Positions 40,457 through 54,887 of a stretch of 64,000 nt of DNA are shown one piece after another. The stretch's first letter is position 1, and each line of letters starts with the position of its first letter. Made by a program: the position numbers and the translations under genes. The stretch is taken from positions 49,166,001 through 49,230,000 of the forward strand of contig NC_043014.1 in the NCBI RefSeq assembly GCF_006345805.1. Reading direction: 5' to 3'. This DNA is from Octopus sinensis (lineage: Eukaryota). Below the pieces are notes generated by a model. The model did no database searches. It had not been told where the DNA came from and worked only from the letters and a program-made list of their open reading frames with translations.

Positions 40457-42368
40457 AATTTAAATTTAAAATAATAAGAGTCAAAAATTGAATATCAATT
40501 TGATTTGTAAGAATTTAAAACCAGTGGTGTAGCATGTAAGACCATAGCGGATCTTCTTCTAGCAGAATGGATGTCCAGTTACTGCCCTCCCTGTTATATA
40601 ATAGTTTCAGTATTTAAGTGAAAGTATCTGACATTACAACAGAGAAATGTTTTTCTTTCACTTTTGACACGTAATACTGAAATAGTAGAGAAGATACGAT
40701 ATTGCTGTTGGCTCGCCCTAGGCAAGAAGTTATTATTTTTTTTGCTCATGACACCACATGGACCCTAATCAAGTCTAGCAGAATGTATGTCCAGTTACAG
40801 TTACATAATAGTTTCATTTTAATAGTTTCAATATTAAAGTGAAAGTATCTGACATTACAATAGAGGAATCTTTTCTGTTTGATGGACGGAATTTTCTAGT
40901 TAACTAAACAATTTCAAACTTCGTATACTGGTAGAATGTGTCAAAAGAAAAACATTATTGTAAACAAACTTGAAAACAAAATTGTAATTCGTAACTTAAA
41001 CGTAGTTTAATTTTACGAATTTTAACTCATGAAATCGCAGCATTTGAGCTCAAATTATTTACTGCGTCTAAAAACTCACACACACACACGTCTTATTCAT
41101 CCTTGTCTCTTCTGTCTTCTACATGTGCTAGAAATAACAGCTATATCTCATCAATCGATGAATTTCGTCGCCCAATAAAAATATTAACGATATTTTTTGA
41201 ATATTTTCTTTACTTTGTTTTACCATGGTTTTGAAGTGCCAGAAACAACAAAAACAAAACAATAATATGCCTAAATCGGTCTCGCGCGTGGAGTGTGAGT
41301 AGTATTGTAAAAATTTGCGAAATATTTTTTCATAAAAGGATGCCCCAGCTTGTCGGAAGCTGTGATATAAATTGGGAAAAAAATCCTCGACACCTGTGCG
41401 TAATTGGTACTTAATTTATCGACCCCGAAACGATGAAACATTGACCCCTTCCCTTCTGGTTTATTTACCTTTTGTGCAAATTTGTTGCGGCAAGTGGCAA
41501 AACACGAACGTGTATGTGTGTGTGTACGCTTATATATTAATTACTATGTGCTTGTGCAAATGTATATGCATGTGTTTGAGAGAGAGAGAGAGTGTGTGTG
41601 TGTGTGTGTCGTGCGTCTGCTATATTTCTTTATCAATATCGATAACGCAGCAATGCTGGGATTTCATTGGTTAAAATTCGAAGATGTTGGGATTTCATTG
41701 GTTAAAATTCGTAAAATTAAACTACGTTTAAGTTACAAATTACAATTTTGTTTACAATAATGTTTTCTTTTGACACATTCTACCAGTATACGAAGTTTCA
41801 AATTGTTTAGTTAACTAGAAAATTCCGTCCACCAAACAGAAAAGATCCCAATAGAGAGATGTTTTACTTTCACTTTTGACACGTAATACCGGTTAAACCA
41901 GAAATCGAGTAGGTCAATGCGGAAGTAAAATGTTTTTACAGAAGTCTTTCACTTTTACTCATTTAGTTGGTGACATTAACGGGCGTTGATATTATTATCT
42001 GAGATTCCCAAAACAGTTTTTATTATTTCTTAATTATTTTACTTCTCCAATCTCGACTGTTTTACTTTATTAATCCCTTCACAACTTCCAGCATTCCAAT
42101 AGGACCTGGTTTCCAGAGAGGAACACTTGCACAAAAAGTGACACACTCTCTGTATATAATATTCGTTGCCATATATTTACCCTTCTGAGAAGCTTGGACA
42201 GAGATTGGATATAGATATTGACTGTTATTATTCATTATATCATTTCTACAAATTGACCTTTCTTCATTTCACGAATACAACAGAAAGCATAATTTCACAA
42301 AAAGAAAACGTACAAATTTTGTTGTCCAAAGAAAATTTGCCTTTTTATACACACACAGCTATAAAGGA

Positions 42369-42419
42369 ATGGCTGAAGAAATGCAGAAAATAACTGGGGA
42401 AATGCAGGAAATTCTACTG
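42369..42419 (+). CDS. Putative first coding exon, unit 3 sub-copy a
   Basis: Identical to 6098-6148, with GTGAGT donor. Confidence 0.6.
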
Positions 42420-42810
42420 GTGAGTATATCAATACATACACTCGCTTGAACAAATGTACACTCTTTACTCTCTCTTTTACTTGTTTCAGTCATTTGACTG
42501 CGGCCATGCTGGAGCACCGCCTTTAATCGAGCAACTCGACCCCGGGACTTATTCTTTTGTAAGCCCAGTACTTATTCTATCGGTCTCTTTTGCCGAACCG
42601 CTAGGTAACGGGGACATCGGTTGTCATGCACACACACTCAAACATATACATATATACGACGAGCTTCTTTCAGTTTCCGTCTACCAAATCACAAGTCTAT
42701 AGTAGAAGACACTTGCCCAAGATGCCATGCAGTGGGACTGAACCCGGAGCCATGTGGTTGGTAAGCATGCTACTTACCACACAGCCACTCCAGCGCCTAT
42801 ATATATATAT

Positions 42811-45325
42811 ATCGTCCCAGATGCGATAACACGTGTTCTGCGTAACTTATCAAGTCTGACAACTTCCGACAGTGTACAAAAGCGTGCTGGACGGTTTCAT
42901 CGTCCAACCCGCATCTTGGACACGTCGGTGGCACTGAAATTCCGTGCCGCGATAACTTCTCGCGAACAGGTAAAGCATTCCTATAACACTGCCAGGCCAG
43001 GGATCTTTGGAAATTATCCAAATACCCCGTCCTGAAAGTCTTTTTAAACAGGTTGGTAAGCTGGTCTTCGTCAAACCCCAGAGCCCCTCCTAGGACGTCG
43101 TCGTTCTTTGCCTCTACCAGCCTGCTATAAAATACTGAGGTGGTGTTTCCGCAGCCGGCCTTGGCCGCCTTGTGGATCAGCGTGAGTGCCTGTCGGCACT
43201 CCTTTTGCCATAAAGTCAGATTCCGTCTTTTGATGCGACCGGGTTTAAAATTCACTAAGGAAGCCGGTCTCGGGAAAAATTCCCCTGCCAGCGGACTCCA
43301 CACCTTATCACCCTCCAGGTGGTGCCAGAGATGCTTCAGCCTCAACGCATGTCTGCGCATCATCAACCAAGGCATTCCTAACCCACCCTTTAACGGTTCC
43401 TGGCAGCAAACGGAGCGCCTCACAAGTGGCTTTCCTCCCTTCCACAAAAAGCGGAAAAGGATTCGCTCCAACTTGCTAAGCCATGAATCGGGGCAAGGGA
43501 CAGCGGTCAGGCGGTAAGTGATTACAGATGAAATGAACATCTGTGCCACCTCCGCCCTTCCTTTCAAGGACAGAGACCTTCCGGACCAGGTCCGTACTAT
43601 GGCCTCCACCTTTTCGTCGCCTCACTCCAATTCCTCTCCGTTTGGGAGTCTGACCCAAACCAAACTCCTAGCAACTTAACAGGACCATCCGTCCAGTGTC
43701 CCACGACACTGGATGATATCGACTTGCTCCTCCAGGTGCCGAGGCGCAAGCCAACCGACTTGTCCTTGTTAACCCTTGCTCCTGCCACCGCCTCGTATCC
43801 TCTGATAGCATCTTCTACACAAGGTAGCTGGGCCTCATTGGACACGATGAGGGTGACGTCATCCGCATAAGCAGTAACCGTCCTCCCACCTCCGATCTCA
43901 TCCGGGTTACTTCCCAGCCACTCCAACTTTCGCAGCAATGGCTCGAGAGCCAACACGTATAAAAGTGGTGACAAGGGGCACCCTTGACGAACTGAACATT
44001 CGATCAAAAACGGTCCGTTAGGTATCCGTTTATCTGGACGGTGGACTTGATGCCGCTATACATAGCGGAGATCCAACCGCGAAATTCAGGGCCCAGTCCA
44101 GCCGCTTCGAGGACCGTCGCCAGGTACTTATGGTCTACCCTATCGAACGCTTTACTTTGGTCTAAATGGACCATTACCCTGCCCTTGCCGGTTAATTTAC
44201 CCACCCTATCTAAGGTGTAGCGTATAAGGTGAAGATTGTCCTGGATCGACCTGCCTGGAATTGCACATGTCTGTGCTTTCCCTAAAAGTTTCTCCACGAC
44301 AATCGTCAACCTTTTTGCCAACACCTTGGCCAAAATCTTTAACTCTACATTAAGTAGAGTTATGGGCCTGTAATTACTAATGTAGACGCCTGCCATTATT
44401 CCCCCGAACAAGTCCGGCATACTTTGGTAAAACTTGTAGGGCAGACCATCCAACCCCGGCGACTTCTCCCCGGCGCATCCAGCCAGTATCCCCTCTATCT
44501 CCGCGGGAGTGATCGCTCCTTCACAGCACTCCACCTCACGCCCCGAGAGCTGCGGTCCGCCGGCTAGGAAGTCCTTTAAGGCCCTCCCCCGTTCCGGCGC
44601 CACGCCACCCCCGAACACGCGGGCGAAATGCTGGTGAAGAAACTTTTGCATCTCCTCCTGTCCATAGATCTTTTGTCCCTGTTCGTCAGTTAAAGACTTG
44701 ATTGAAGCTTTGTTACCTCTCTGACTCTCCACTCGACGGGCCCATCCGGCAACGTTAATACCTTCTCGTTTCCCAGCACGTAGCTTAGCTCTGACTCTGC
44801 AACCTTCGTGTTTGGAGTTAAGGTGACGGTACAATACCGTCCTTGCCGCCATCACTCCGGATGCAGAGCCAGCTTCCATTGCCTCGTTTAGATTCTTAAC
44901 TAAATCGTCCTCTATCCTAGACCTATCTAACCTTAGCTGATTGCTAAATCTAATGGACTCTGAACGAATGGCTCTTTTGAGGGAGTGCCACCATCTATTG
45001 TTAATGATGGTGCCACACAATGCCCTCTGTACTAACACCTTAATCCGGGTACAGAAGTCTTCACAATTCAAAATAGACTTGTTCAGCTTCCAGTACCCGG
45101 GTCCCTGTCTATGGCACTTATCTAATTGCACCCTACAAGTCACAAATTTGTGATCCGTGTAAGGCACAATGTGAAACTGTGGACAACTAAACGTATCCTT
45201 ATCTCTTTTCCTAACGAATATCCTATCTATATACGATCTGTGTGAGCCGTCGTTGTTACTCCACGTCCACTGTGGAACGCTCGGCTCATCCAGTCGATAA
45301 CGGTCCACTAGATCAAAGCTCTCTA
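42811..45325 (-). mobile_element. Tx1/L1-clade LINE, sub-copy 3a (different indel pattern)
   Basis: Same ORF2. Retains VVGHWTDGP and RYRLDEPSVPQWTW segments lost in other copies. Own deletion near 44381 and frameshifts. Confidence 0.9.
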
Positions 45326-46045
45326 TTTGTGTCCTCATCGACAACCATGATTGTCACACGCTGATGAAAGGTAAACACCTTGAAACTCGGGTACGTGTGT
45401 ATCATGTGTTGAAGACGGGGAGGATGACACCCCTTCACAAATACTGAGAGGACACAGATAGTGTGTCTATAGCCAGCTGGAGGAGATACCTTCCTGTGGC
45501 TACAAACTACAGTAGCATCCACCCTTATGGGTTAGCCATATTCAAATGGCAAATATGCATCACGATGTGTTACCGCTACTGTTTATAACTCGCTCTGAGA
45601 TATCTACTTCCAGTCCCCTCCCCCACTCGTGATGTCCTACGTTTTATCTCTTACGAGCCTGCACCAACCCTACCTGTCATCGTTCCTCCTTACCCCAACC
45701 CTCCCCACTGGTGCTTCCCTATACTACCTGCACCCCCAAAAAGCACCATCCGAACGTGGCCGATGCAAGCGCCGCCTTGGCTGGCTTCCGTGCCGCTGGC
45801 ACGTTAAAAGCTGAAACCGATCGTGACCGATGCCGGATCCCCCCTGACACCTGTGCAGGTGGCACGTAAAAAGCACCCACTACACTCGCGGAGTGGTTGG
45901 CGTTAGGAAGGTCATCCAGCCGTAGAAACTCTAACAGATCAGACTGGATCCTGGAGCAGCCCCTGGCTTCCCAGACCCCGGTCAAACCGTCCAACCCGTG
46001 CTAGCGCGGAAAGCGGACGTTAAACGATGACGATGATGATGATGA
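45326..46045 (+). mobile_element. Retroposon 3' part ending in (GAT)n tail (RTE-related LINE/SINE-like)
   Basis: GC-richer unique block ending GGTTGGCGTTAGGAAGG..CATCCAGCCGTAGAAAC...GCGGACGTTAAACGATGACGATGATGATGA. Confidence 0.55.
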
Positions 46046-47987
46046 TATATATATATATATACATGTAAATTTAAATTTAAAATAATAAGAGTCAAAAATT
46101 GAATATCAATTTGATTTGTAAGAATTTAAAACCAGTGGTGTAGCATATAAGACCATAGCGGATCTTCTAGCAGAATGGATGTCCAGTTACTGCCCTCCCT
46201 GTTATATAATAGTTTCAGTATTTAAGTGAAAGTATCTGACATTACAACAGAGAAATGTTTTTCTTTCACTTTTGACACGTAATACTGAAATAGTAGAGAA
46301 GATACGATATTGCTGTTGGCTCGCCCTAGGCAAGAAGTTATTATTTTTTTTTTGGCTCATGACGCTACATGGACCCTAATCAAGTCTAGCAGAATGTATG
46401 TCCAGTTACAGTTCATCCCTGTTACATAATAGTTTCATTTTAATAGTTTCAATATTAAAGTGAAAGTATCTGACATTACAATAGAGGAATCTTTTCTGTT
46501 TGATGGACGGAATTTTCTAGTTAACTAAACAATTTCAAACTTCGTATACTGGTAGAATGTGTCAAAAGAAAACATTATTGTAAACAAAATTGAAAACAAA
46601 ATTGTAATTCGTAACTTAAACGTAGTTTAATTTTACGAATTTTAACTCATGAAATCGCAGCATTCCAGCTCAAATTATTTACTGCGTCTAAAAACTCACA
46701 CACACACGTCTTATTCATCCTTGTCTCTTCTGTCTTCTACATGTGCTAGAAATAACAGCTATATCTCATCAATCGATGAATTTCGTCGCCCAATAAAAAT
46801 ATTAACGATATTTTTTGAATATTTTCTTTACCTTTTTTTACCATGGTTTTGAAGGGCCAGAAACAACAAAAACAAAACAATAATATGCCTAAATCGGTCT
46901 CGCGCGTGGAGTGTGAGTAGTATTGTAAAAATTTGCGAAATATATTTTCATAAAAGGATGCCCCAGCTTGTCGGAAGCTGTGATATAAATTGGGAAAAAA
47001 ATCCTCGACACCTGTGCGTAATTGGTACTTAATTTATCGACCCCGAAACGATGAAACATTGACCCCTTCCCTTCTGGTTTATTTACCTTTTGTGCAAATT
47101 TGTTGCGGCAAGTGGCAAAACACGAACGTGTATGTGTGTGTGTACGCTTATATATTAATTACTATGTGCTTGTGCAAATGTATATGCATGTGTTTGAGAG
47201 AGAGAGAGTGTGTGTGTGTGTGTGTGTCGTGCGTCTGCTATATTTCTTTATCAATATCGATAACGCAGCAATGCTGGGATTTCATTGGTTAAAATTCGAA
47301 GATGTTGGGATTTCATTGGTTAAAATTCGTAAAATTAAACTACGTTTAAGTTACAAATTACAATTTTGTTTACAATAATGTTTTCTTTTGACACATTCTA
47401 CCAGTATACGAAGTTTCAAATTGTTTAGTTAACTAGAAAATTCATCCATCAAACAGAAAAGATCCCAATAGAGAGATGTTTTACTTTCACTTTTGACACG
47501 TAATACCGGTTAAACCAGTATTCGAGTAGGTCAATGCGGAAGTAAAATGTTTTTACAGAAGTCTTTCACTTTTACTCATTTAGTTGGTGACATTAACGGG
47601 CGTTGATATTATTATCTGAGATTCCCAAAACAGTTTTTATTATTTCTTAATTATTTTACTTCTCCAATCTCGACTGTTTTACTTTATTAATCCCTTCACA
47701 ACTTCCAGCATTCCAATAGGACCTGGTTTCCAGAGAGGAACACTTGCACAAAAAGTGACACACTCTCTCTGTATATAATATTCGTTGCCATATATTTACC
47801 CTTCTGAGAAGCTTGGATAGAGATTAGATATAGATATTGACTGTTATTATTCATTATATCATTTCTACAAATTGACCTTTCTTCATTTCACGAATACAAC
47901 AGAAAGCATAATTTCACAAAAAGGAAACGTACAAATTTTGTTGTCCAAAGAAAATTTGCCTTTTTATACACACACAGCTATAAAGGA

Positions 47988-48038
47988 ATGGCTGAAGAAA
48001 TGCAGAAAATAACTGGGGAAATGCAGGAAATTCTACTG
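47988..48038 (+). CDS. Putative first coding exon, unit 3 sub-copy b
   Basis: Identical to 6098-6148, with GTGAGT donor. Confidence 0.6.
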
Positions 48039-48430
48039 GTGAGTATATCAATACATACACTCGCTTGAACAAATGTACACTCTTTACTCTCTCTTTTACT
48101 TGTTTCAGTCATTTGACAGCGGCCATGCTGGAGCACCGCCTTTAATCGAGCAACTCGACCCCGGGACTTATTCTTTTGTAAGCCCAGTACTTATTCCATC
48201 GGTCTTTTTTGCCGACCCGCTAGGTAACGGGGACATCGGTTGTCATGCACACACACTCAAACATATACATATATACGACGAGCTTCTTTCAGTTTCCGTC
48301 TACCAAATCACAAGGCTATAGTAGAAGACACTTGCCCAAGATGCCATGCAGTGGGACTGAACACGGAGCCATGTGGTTGGTAAGCATGCTACTTACCACA
48401 CAGCCACTCCAGCGCCTATATATATATATA

Positions 48431-51400
48431 TCGTCCCAGATGCGATAACACGTGTTCTGCGTAACTTATCAAGTCGGACAACTTCCGACAGTGTACAAAA
48501 GCGTGCTGGACGGTTTCATCGTCCAACCCGCATCTTGGACAAGTCGGTGGCACTGAAATTCCGTGCCGCGATAACTTCTCGCGAACAGGTAAAGCATTCC
48601 TATAACACTGCCAGGCCAGGGATCTTTGGAAATTATCCAAATACCCCGTCCTGAAAGTCTTTTTAAACAGGTTGGTAAGCTGGTCTTCGTCAAACCCCAG
48701 AGCCCCTCCTAGGACGTCGTCGTTCTTTGCCTCTACCAGCCTGCTATAAAATACCGAGGTGGTGTTTCCGCAGCCGGCCTTGGCCGCCTTGTGGATCAGC
48801 GTGAGTGCCTGTCGGCACTCCTTTTGCCATAAAGTCAGATTCCGTCTTTTGATGCGACCGGGTTTAAAATTCACTAAGGAAGCCGGTCTCGGGAAAAATT
48901 CCCCTGCCAGCGGACTCCACACCTTATCACCCTCCAGGTGGTGCCAGAGATGCTTCAGCCTCAACGCATGCCTGCGCATCATCAACCAAGGCATTCCTAA
49001 CCCACCCTTTAACGGTTCCTGGCAGCAAACGGAGCGCCTCACAAGTGGCTTTCCTCCCTTCCACAAAAAGCGGAAAAGGATTCGCTCCAACTTGCTAAGC
49101 CATGAATCGGGGCAAGGGACAGCGGTCAGGCGGTAAGTGATTACAGATGCAATGAACATCTGCGCCACCTCCGACCTTCCTTTCAAGGACAGAGACCTTC
49201 CGGACCAGGTCCGTACTATGGCCTCCACCTTGTTCGTCACCTCACTCCAATTCCTCTCCGTTTGGGAGTCTGACCCAAACCAAACTCCTAGCAACTTAAC
49301 ACTGGACGATATCGACTTGCTCCTCCAGGTGCCGAGGCGCAAGCCAACCGACTTGTCCTTGTTAACCCTTGCTCCTGCCACCGCCTCGTATCCTCTGATA
49401 GCATCTTCTACACAAGGTAGCTGGGCCTCATTGGACACGATGAGGGTGACGTCATCCGCATAAGCAGTAACCGTCCTCCCACCTCCGATCTCATCCGGGT
49501 TACTTCCCAGCCTCTCCAACTTTCGCAGCAATGGCTCGAGAGCCAACACGTATAAAAGTGGTGACAAGAGGCACCCTTGACGAACTGAACATTCGATCGA
49601 AAACGGTTCCGTTAGGTATCCGTTTATCTGGACGGTGGACTTGATGCCGTTATACATAGCGGAGATCCAACCGCGAAATTCAGGGCCCAGTCCAGCCGCT
49701 TCGAGGACCGTCGCCAGGTACTTATGGTCTACCCTATCGAACGCTTTACTTTGGTCTAAATGGACCATTACCCCGCCCTTGCCGGTTAATTTACCCACCC
49801 TATCTAAGGTGTAGCGTATAAGGTGAATATTGTCCTGGATCGACCTGCCTGGAATTGCACATGTCTGTGCTTTCCCTACAAGTTTCTCCACGACAATCGT
49901 CAACATTTTTGCCAACACCTTGGCCAAAATCTTTAACTCTACATTAAGTAGAGTTATGGGCCTGTAATTACTAATGTTATCCCCCTTGCTCGGGTCTTTC
50001 TGGATTAGCGTCACCACTCCCTGGCTTACAGAACTGGGAATTCTCCCATTCTGCTGCCAGTTCGCGTAGACGCTTGCCATTATTCCCCCGAACAAGTCCG
50101 GCATACTTTGGTAAAACTCGTAGGGTAGACCATCCAACCCCGGCGACTTCTCCCCGGCGCATCCAGCCAGTATCCCCTCTATCTCCGCGGGAGTGATCGC
50201 TCCTTCACAGCACTCCACCTCACGCCCCGAGAGCCGCGGTCCGCCGGCTAGGAAGTCCTTTAAGGCCCTCCCCCGTTCCGGCGCCACACCACCCCCGAAC
50301 ACGCGGGCGAAATGATGGTGAAGAAACTTTTGCATCTCCTCCTGTCCATAGATCTTTTGTCCCTGTTCGTCAGTTAAAGACTTGATTGAAGCTTTGTTAC
50401 CTCTCTGACTCTCCACTCGACGGGCCCATCCGGCAACGTTAATACCTTCTCGTTTCCCAGCGCGTAGCTTAGCTCTGACTCTGCAACCTTCGTGTTTGGA
50501 GTTAAGGTGACGGTACAATACCGTCCTTGCCGCCATCACTCCGGATGCAGAGCCAGCTTCCATTGCCTCGTTTAGATTCTTAACTAAATTGTCCTCTATC
50601 CTAGACCTATCTAACCTTAGCTGATTGCTAAATCTAATGGACTCTGAACGAATGGCTCTTTTGAGGGAGTGCCACCATCTATTGTTAATGATGGTGCCAC
50701 ACAATGCCCTCTGTACTAACACCTTAATCCGGGTACGGAAGTCTTCACAATTCAAAATAGACTTGTTCAGCTTCCAGTACCCGGGTCCCTGTCTATGGCA
50801 CTTATCTAATTGCACCCTACAAGTCACAAATTTGTGATCCGTGTAAGGCACAATGTGAAACTGTGGACAACTAAACGTATCCTTATCTCTTTTCCTAACG
50901 AATATCCGATCTATATACGATGTGTGAGCCGTCGTTGTTACTCCACGTCCACTGTTAACGGTCCACTAGATCAAAGCTCTCTAGTAGACCCTTGAGGCTA
51001 GGTTTCCCCTTCCTATTGGTTGAGCCAACACTGTCGACCCGCGCTTCAAGGACAGTGTTAAAGTCCCCTACTAAGACTACCGTTTTCGACGTCGCTAAAA
51101 AGGGCTCCAGATTCCGAAAAAAACCCGCCTGCCTACACTCATTCGGAGCGTAGACAGCTACCAACCTGAAGGACTGTTTACTTACGTGGGTCACATCCAG
51201 AACGACCAGCCTGCCTTCTGGGTCCAGAAAGACAGTACTTACCTGCAAGTCCAAGCTCTTCCTGATAAGGACTGCCACGCCTCTTCCTCTTCCTCGGCTA
51301 GGAGAAATAAATTTTTCAAAACCATTTAGAAGAGGCGAGAACGCTTGGGCCCCGTTCATCTTGGACTCGGTTACAATAGCTACATCCACACCGTGTGTCG

Positions 51401-52035
51401 TGAGGTCGTTCAGGAAATAAATTTGTTTCCATTTCGACCCCATTCCACGCACATTTCCGCAACCCAGCTTTGCCATTGTCGGTGAGAGAAAAAATAAACA
51501 AACTTACGGTTGGGACAGGGAGCATGGCAGTTTAAATCTGCCTGCTTCCCCTTCTTCCTCCCTTGTGGTCGTAGCTGCAGGGCTCTTAACCGGCGTTGCC
51601 ATCGGGCTCTGGGTAGGTGTGGTTGCCGGGGTTATAATAAGTTTACCCTCCAGTATTTCCTTTGTTACATCTCTTATAAGATTATTCTTTAAATGTTCTT
51701 GTAGTGTTTTTTCCTTCCACTCGTCTTCCTTTATTTTTGCGAAGCGAGTGGTTGATATTGTGTCTGTAGACTTACTGAATAGTTTAACTTTTGAAAATTT
51801 GAAATATTTGTACACCCTATCGTTCTTCTCGTCAAATGCTATAATCTTATCATTTTTTTTAAACAATTTTTTCAAATCTTGTTTTATGGGGAGGGGCTTG
51901 GCGAACTGTGTTCCAATGAATATAGTGCCGTGGGGGTAGGGCTGGGGAATTTGTTTTGTATGTATGTCTGCGGTGTTTGCTGATTTTTTCTTTGTTTGGG
52001 GAGGGGAGTCCAGGGTGTTATCTTTTTTTCTTTTT
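48431..52035 (-). mobile_element. Tx1/L1-clade LINE, sub-copy 3b (811-aa RT/ZnF ORF)
   Basis: ORF 48416-50851 with YADD and CPRCGLDDETVQHAFVHC; APE ORF 50955-51476; ORF1 fragment 51504-~52030. Confidence 0.92.
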
Positions 52036-53092
52036 CAAATTGTTTAGTTAACTAGAAAATTCCGTCCACCAAACAAAAAAGATCCCAATGGAGAGATGTT
52101 TTACTTTCACTTTTGACATGTGATATCGATTCACCAGTATTCGAGTAGGTCAATGCGGAAGTAAAATGTTTTTACAGAAGTCTTTCACATTTACTCATTT
52201 AGTTGGTGACATTAACGGGCGTTGATATTATTATCTGAGATTCCCAAAACAGTTTTTATTATTTCTTAATTATTTTCCCTCTTCAATCTCGACTATTTTA
52301 CTTTATTAATCCCTTCACAACTTCCAGCATTCCAATAGGACCTGGTTTCCAGAGAGGAACACTTGCACAAAAAGTGACACACTCTCTGTATATAATATTC
52401 GTTGCCATATATTTACCATTCTGAGAAGCTTGGATAGAAATTGGTTACAAATTTAAGTTACAAATTACAATTTTGTTTACAATAATGTTTTCTTTTGACA
52501 CATTCTACCAGTATACGAAGTTTCAAATTGTTTAGTTAACTAGAAAATTCCGTCCATCAAACAAAAAAGATCCCAATAGAGAGATGTTTTACTTTCACTT
52601 TTGACATGTGATATCGATTCACCAGTATTCGAGTAGGTCAATGCGGAAGTAAAATGTTTTTACAGAAGTCTTTCACATTTACTCATTTAGTTGGTGACAT
52701 TAACGGGCGTTGATATTATTATCTGAGATTCCCAAAACAGTTTTTATTATTTCTTAATTATTTTACTTCTCCAATCTCGACTGTTTTATTTTATTAATCC
52801 CTTCACAACTTCCAGCATTCCAATAGGACCTGGTTTCCAGAGAGGAACACTTGCACAAAAAGTGACACACTCTCTGTATATAATATTCGTTGCCATATAT
52901 TTACCCTTCTGAGAAGCTTGGATAGAGATTGGATATAGATATTGACTGTTATTATTCATTATATCATTTCTACAAATTGACCTTTCTTCATTTCACGAAT
53001 ACAACAGAAGGCATAATTTTACAAAAAGAAAACGTACAAATTTTGTTGTCCAAAGAAAATTTGCCTTTTTATACACACACAGCTATAAAGGA

Positions 53093-53143
53093 ATGGCTGA
53101 AGAAATGCAGAAAATAACTGGGAAAATGCAGGAAATTCTACAG
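53093..53143 (+). CDS. Putative first coding exon, unit 3 sub-copy c (MAEEMQKITGKMQEILQ)
   Basis: Variant copy with a stronger donor CAG|GTGAGT. It is the nearest start exon to TPR copy 3. Confidence 0.65.
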
Positions 53144-53211
53144 GTGAGTATATCAATATAGACACTCGCTTGAACAAATGTACACTCTTTACTCTCTCTT
53201 TTACTTGTTTC

Positions 53212-53212
<1 letters not shown>

Positions 53213-53277
<65 letters not shown>

Positions 53278-54249
53278 TGTGTACAGTGCTCAGGTGCACT
53301 ACAACTCATCTAAAGTGTATATATAATCAGGTGTAGTTTCGGCGGATTTCGGAAAGCATGAGGGCCTTAAAAGATGCAGTGTCATGGCAGTCAACAACTG
53401 ACGCAGGCAGTTTATTCCATGCTTCAGCAACTCTGAGCGTGAAAAAATGTTTCCGAAAATCATGGGAGCTGTATTGTTTTCTGACTTTGTAGGCATGTCC
53501 ACGTGTGTTAGACACATGGAGATCAAAAAGGTGTTCAGTGTTGTTGTTGGTGAGGTGGTTGATAACTTTGTGGGTGTTTACCAAGTCCGTCGCCAAACGC
53601 CGGAGCTTCAGTGAATCCATGCCCAGGGAAACAAGGCGCTCAGAATATGGTAGGTGTCTGATGGAGGGTATGCGTTTGGTTGCACGTCTCTGGACAGATT
53701 CCAGGAGGTCAATGTTCTGTGCAAGATAGGGGTTCCAAACTGATGATGCGAATTCCAAGTGTGGTCGTACCATAGCTGTATACAGTTTTAAATAGATGGC
53801 TGGAGAGCGGCTAACAAAAGACCTGCTGAGTGATGCCAAGACACCCTCGGCCTTCCTGACAATCCTAGAGATATGCTTTGACCAACGCAAATCACTGCTG
53901 ACAGTGATGCCTAGGTCACGCTCGCAAGAGGATTTCTTGATATCAGTGTTGTGGAGGGAGTATGTGAACGCAGGGTTTTTTCTCCCAAAATGCATGGTGG
54001 TACACTTGTCCACAGCCAGTTTCAGTTGCCAGTCTGTGATCCATTGCTGCATTGTGTCTAGGTCTGATTGCAGGAAAGAGTTGTAGACATCAGGATCTGT
54101 CCTCTTGATTTCAAGGTACAGCTTGATGTCGTCTGCATATTTCAATACTGTGGCATTCTTTAAATTGGCATCTATGTCGTTAATGTATGCCACAAACAAG
54201 AGGGGACCAAGGACAGATCCCTGTGGTACACCCGATGACATCTCATATG
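53213..54249 (-). mobile_element. 5'-truncated CR1/L2-clade LINE with (ATT)n tail and GTTTCA TSD
   Basis: Uninterrupted 304-aa ORF: GVPQGSVLGPLLF, YADD, WNPY, LESVQRRATK, TRGH, RKHFFTLRV..WNKLP. GTTTCA at 53207-53212 and 54250-54255. Inserted in a SINE. Confidence 0.92.
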
Positions 54250-54322
54250 GTTTCAGTCATTTGACTGCGGCCATGCTGGAGCACCGCCTTTAATCGAGCA
54301 ACTCGACCCCGGGACTTATTCT

Positions 54323-54887
54323 TACGGAAGTCTTCACAATTCAAAATAGACTTGTTCAGCTTCCAGTACCCGGGTCCCTGTCTATGGCACTTATCTAATT
54401 GCACCCTACAAGTCACAAATTTGTGATCCGTGTAAGGCACAATGTGAAACTGTGGACAACTAAACGTATCCTTATCTCTTTTCCTAACGAATATCCGATC
54501 TATATACGATGTGTGAGCCGTCGTTGTTACTCCACGTCCACTGTTAACGGTCCACTAGATCAAAGCTCTCTAGTAGACCCTTGAGGTTAGGTTTCCCCTT
54601 CCTATTGGTTGAGCGAACACTGTCGACCCGCGCTTCAAGGACAGTGTTAAAGTCCCCTACTAAGACTACCGTTTTCGACGTCGCTAAAAAGGGCTCCAGA
54701 TTCCGAAAAAAACCCGCCTGCCTACACTCATTCGGAGCGTAGACAGCTACCAACCTGAAGGACTGTTTACTTACGTGAGTCACATCCAGAACGACCAGCC
54801 TGCCTTCTGGGTCCAGAAAGACAGTACTTACCTGCAAGTCCAAGCTCTTCCTGATAAGGACTGCCACGCCTCTTCCTCTTCCTCGGC
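54323..54887 (-). mobile_element. Tx1 LINE endonuclease fragment, sub-copy 3c
   Basis: Near-identical to 8843-9407, bounded by deletions on both sides. Confidence 0.88.
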
